Shown: piece by piece, positions 62,887 to 64,000 of the stretch
Layout of the letters: each line of letters opens with the position of its first letter
How positions within the stretch are numbered: position 1 is the stretch's first letter
Assembly (NCBI GenBank): GCA_039189765.1
Contig: JBCCYL010000021.1
Coordinates: 1-64,000 of the forward strand
From: Cyanobacteria bacterium P01_F01_bin.150
GTDB taxonomy: Bacteria > Cyanobacteriota > Cyanobacteriia > CAKZMO01
Reading direction: 5' to 3'
Length of the DNA: 64,000 nucleotides
The notes under the pieces: generated by a model
The model's database searches: none
Told to the model about the DNA's origin: nothing
The model's input: only the letters and a program-made list of their open reading frames with translations
Program-made: the position numbers and the translations under genes

Positions 62887-63765
62887 ATGTTAACTAGTCT
62901 CCAAAATCCTCTGATCAAGAAATTTCGTAAGCTTCATCAATCCAAAGAGCGAAAACGTCAACGAATGTTTTTACTTGAAGGAACCCACATACTTATGGAA
63001 GCCTGTGCTACAGGTGTTGCTATGAATTCTGTTTGCTTTACCCAGGCGTGGCAAGATACCCACACACATCTGATGGCTGATATTTCCTCTTTGGCTGACC
63101 GAATAGAGGTCGTCAGTGAAGCTGTATTAGCAGCGATCGCCACTACCGTTAATCCTGATGGGGTGGTGGCGATCGCAGATTCCGCCTGGTATGACCGCTT
63201 ACATAATTCATCCCAACGCTTAGAACAATTTGCTTGGCAGCTCACACATCCATTCTTAGGCATTGCAGTAGACAATCTCCAAGACCCAGGCAATTTAGGA
63301 ACAATCATTCGAACATGTGCAGCAGTGGAAATTGATCAACTATGGCTAAGCACCAATGGTGTTGACCCAACTCATCCTAAAGTCCTTAGAGCTTCGGCAG
63401 GACAATGGTTTCGGGTACCAATGGCCGTTTCTTCTAATTTAGTAGATGCCCTAGCTACATCTCAATCTGTGCAATCAACGTCTTCGTTACAAGTCATTGC
63501 GACTTGTCCAGACACAGACATTTCCTATTGGGATATTGATTACAGTATTCCTTCCTTGATTCTAGTAGGCAATGAAGGTGGTGGTTTATCGATTACTCTA
63601 ATGGAAAAAGCAACCCACAAGGTAAAAATTCCCCAAGCTCTCCATGTTGAATCGCTTAATGTCGCCATTGCCACAGCGTTAGTGCTATACGAGGCACGGC
63701 GACAGCGGCGGTACCATAGCTCTTTGCTGAAAAGCCTTAACAAATCAAGCGAAACTCATAAATGA
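62887..63765 (+). CDS. TrmH/SpoU family RNA methyltransferase
   Basis: LQDPGNLGTIIRT, GNEGGGL, ESLNVAIA. Confidence 0.92.
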   Translation: MLTSLQNPLIKKFRKLHQSKERKRQRMFLLEGTHILMEACATGVAMNSVCFTQAWQDTHTHLMADISSLADRIEVVSEAVLAAIATTVNPDGVVAIADSAWYDRLHNSSQRLEQFAWQLTHPFLGIAVDNLQDPGNLGTIIRTCAAVEIDQLWLSTNGVDPTHPKVLRASAGQWFRVPMAVSSNLVDALATSQSVQSTSSLQVIATCPDTDISYWDIDYSIPSLILVGNEGGGLSITLMEKATHKVKIPQALHVESLNVAIATALVLYEARRQRRYHSSLLKSLNKSSETHK

Positions 63766-63881
63766 TTTTCAACAATCAATCATTATTCTCTAGATATGGG
63801 ACATCTTGGGATATTATTTGACTAAACTCAGCCCGTCGGAGTTCCAAACATTCGTCCACGCCCAATTCCCTAACAATAATT

Positions 63882-64000
63882 ATGGAAACCTTTGCTTTTC
63901 TTCAGATTGTTGCTCAACAATTTAATCCCATGTGTGAGTCTCTGCAAGAAACACCATCGTCTCCTTGCAGCTCATGGCTAAAGCCAATTAGAGCAACTCA
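63882..64000 (+). CDS. 5' part of a hypothetical protein (runs off the window)
   Basis: METFAFLQIVAQQFNPMCESL..., open to the window end; resembles the 'METLAYLH' N-termini of some cyanobacterial exported proteins. Confidence 0.4.
   Translation, partial: METFAFLQIVAQQFNPMCESLQETPSSPCSSWLKPIRAT

Noticed and set aside
1..64000. CRISPR array, cas genes, rRNA, prophage
   Set aside because: No repeat-spacer array, cas, rRNA or phage structural genes were recognised.

Overview
Cyanobacterial chromosomal window, judged from the many HIP1 sites (GCGATCGC), XisH/XisI, pex, ols and STRR-type short tandem repeats. Positions ~1-26 kb are accessory. They hold nested IS remnants, an AT-rich and HIP1-poor island (sulfotransferase-GT2-GT4 fusion plus a sulfotransferase pseudogene), HsdR_N-like/XisI/XisH genes, a PrpF-family isomerase with an APC permease, a Bell-like effector with an NB-ARC-TPR NLR, a 9.2-kb olefin synthase (FAAL-ACP-KS-AT-KR-ACP-ST-TE) and a PIN-domain two-gene module. 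Positions ~26-64 kb are mostly housekeeping genes (recA, xseAB, menF, pfkA, proB, mltG, pex, hisIE, sds, murI, Na+/H+ antiporter, uppS, cdaA, lysA, rimI, clpC, murA, tRNA-Leu(CAG), TrmH family). The strongest candidate for a new system is at 11992-14703. A Bell-like protein ending in an amyloid-like motif is in frame with an NLR that has no usable start codon of its own, and a single UAG (context UAG-CUA-G) separates them. This suggests stop-codon readthrough that makes both effector and receptor from one ORF. All calls come from reading motifs by eye; no database searches were run.
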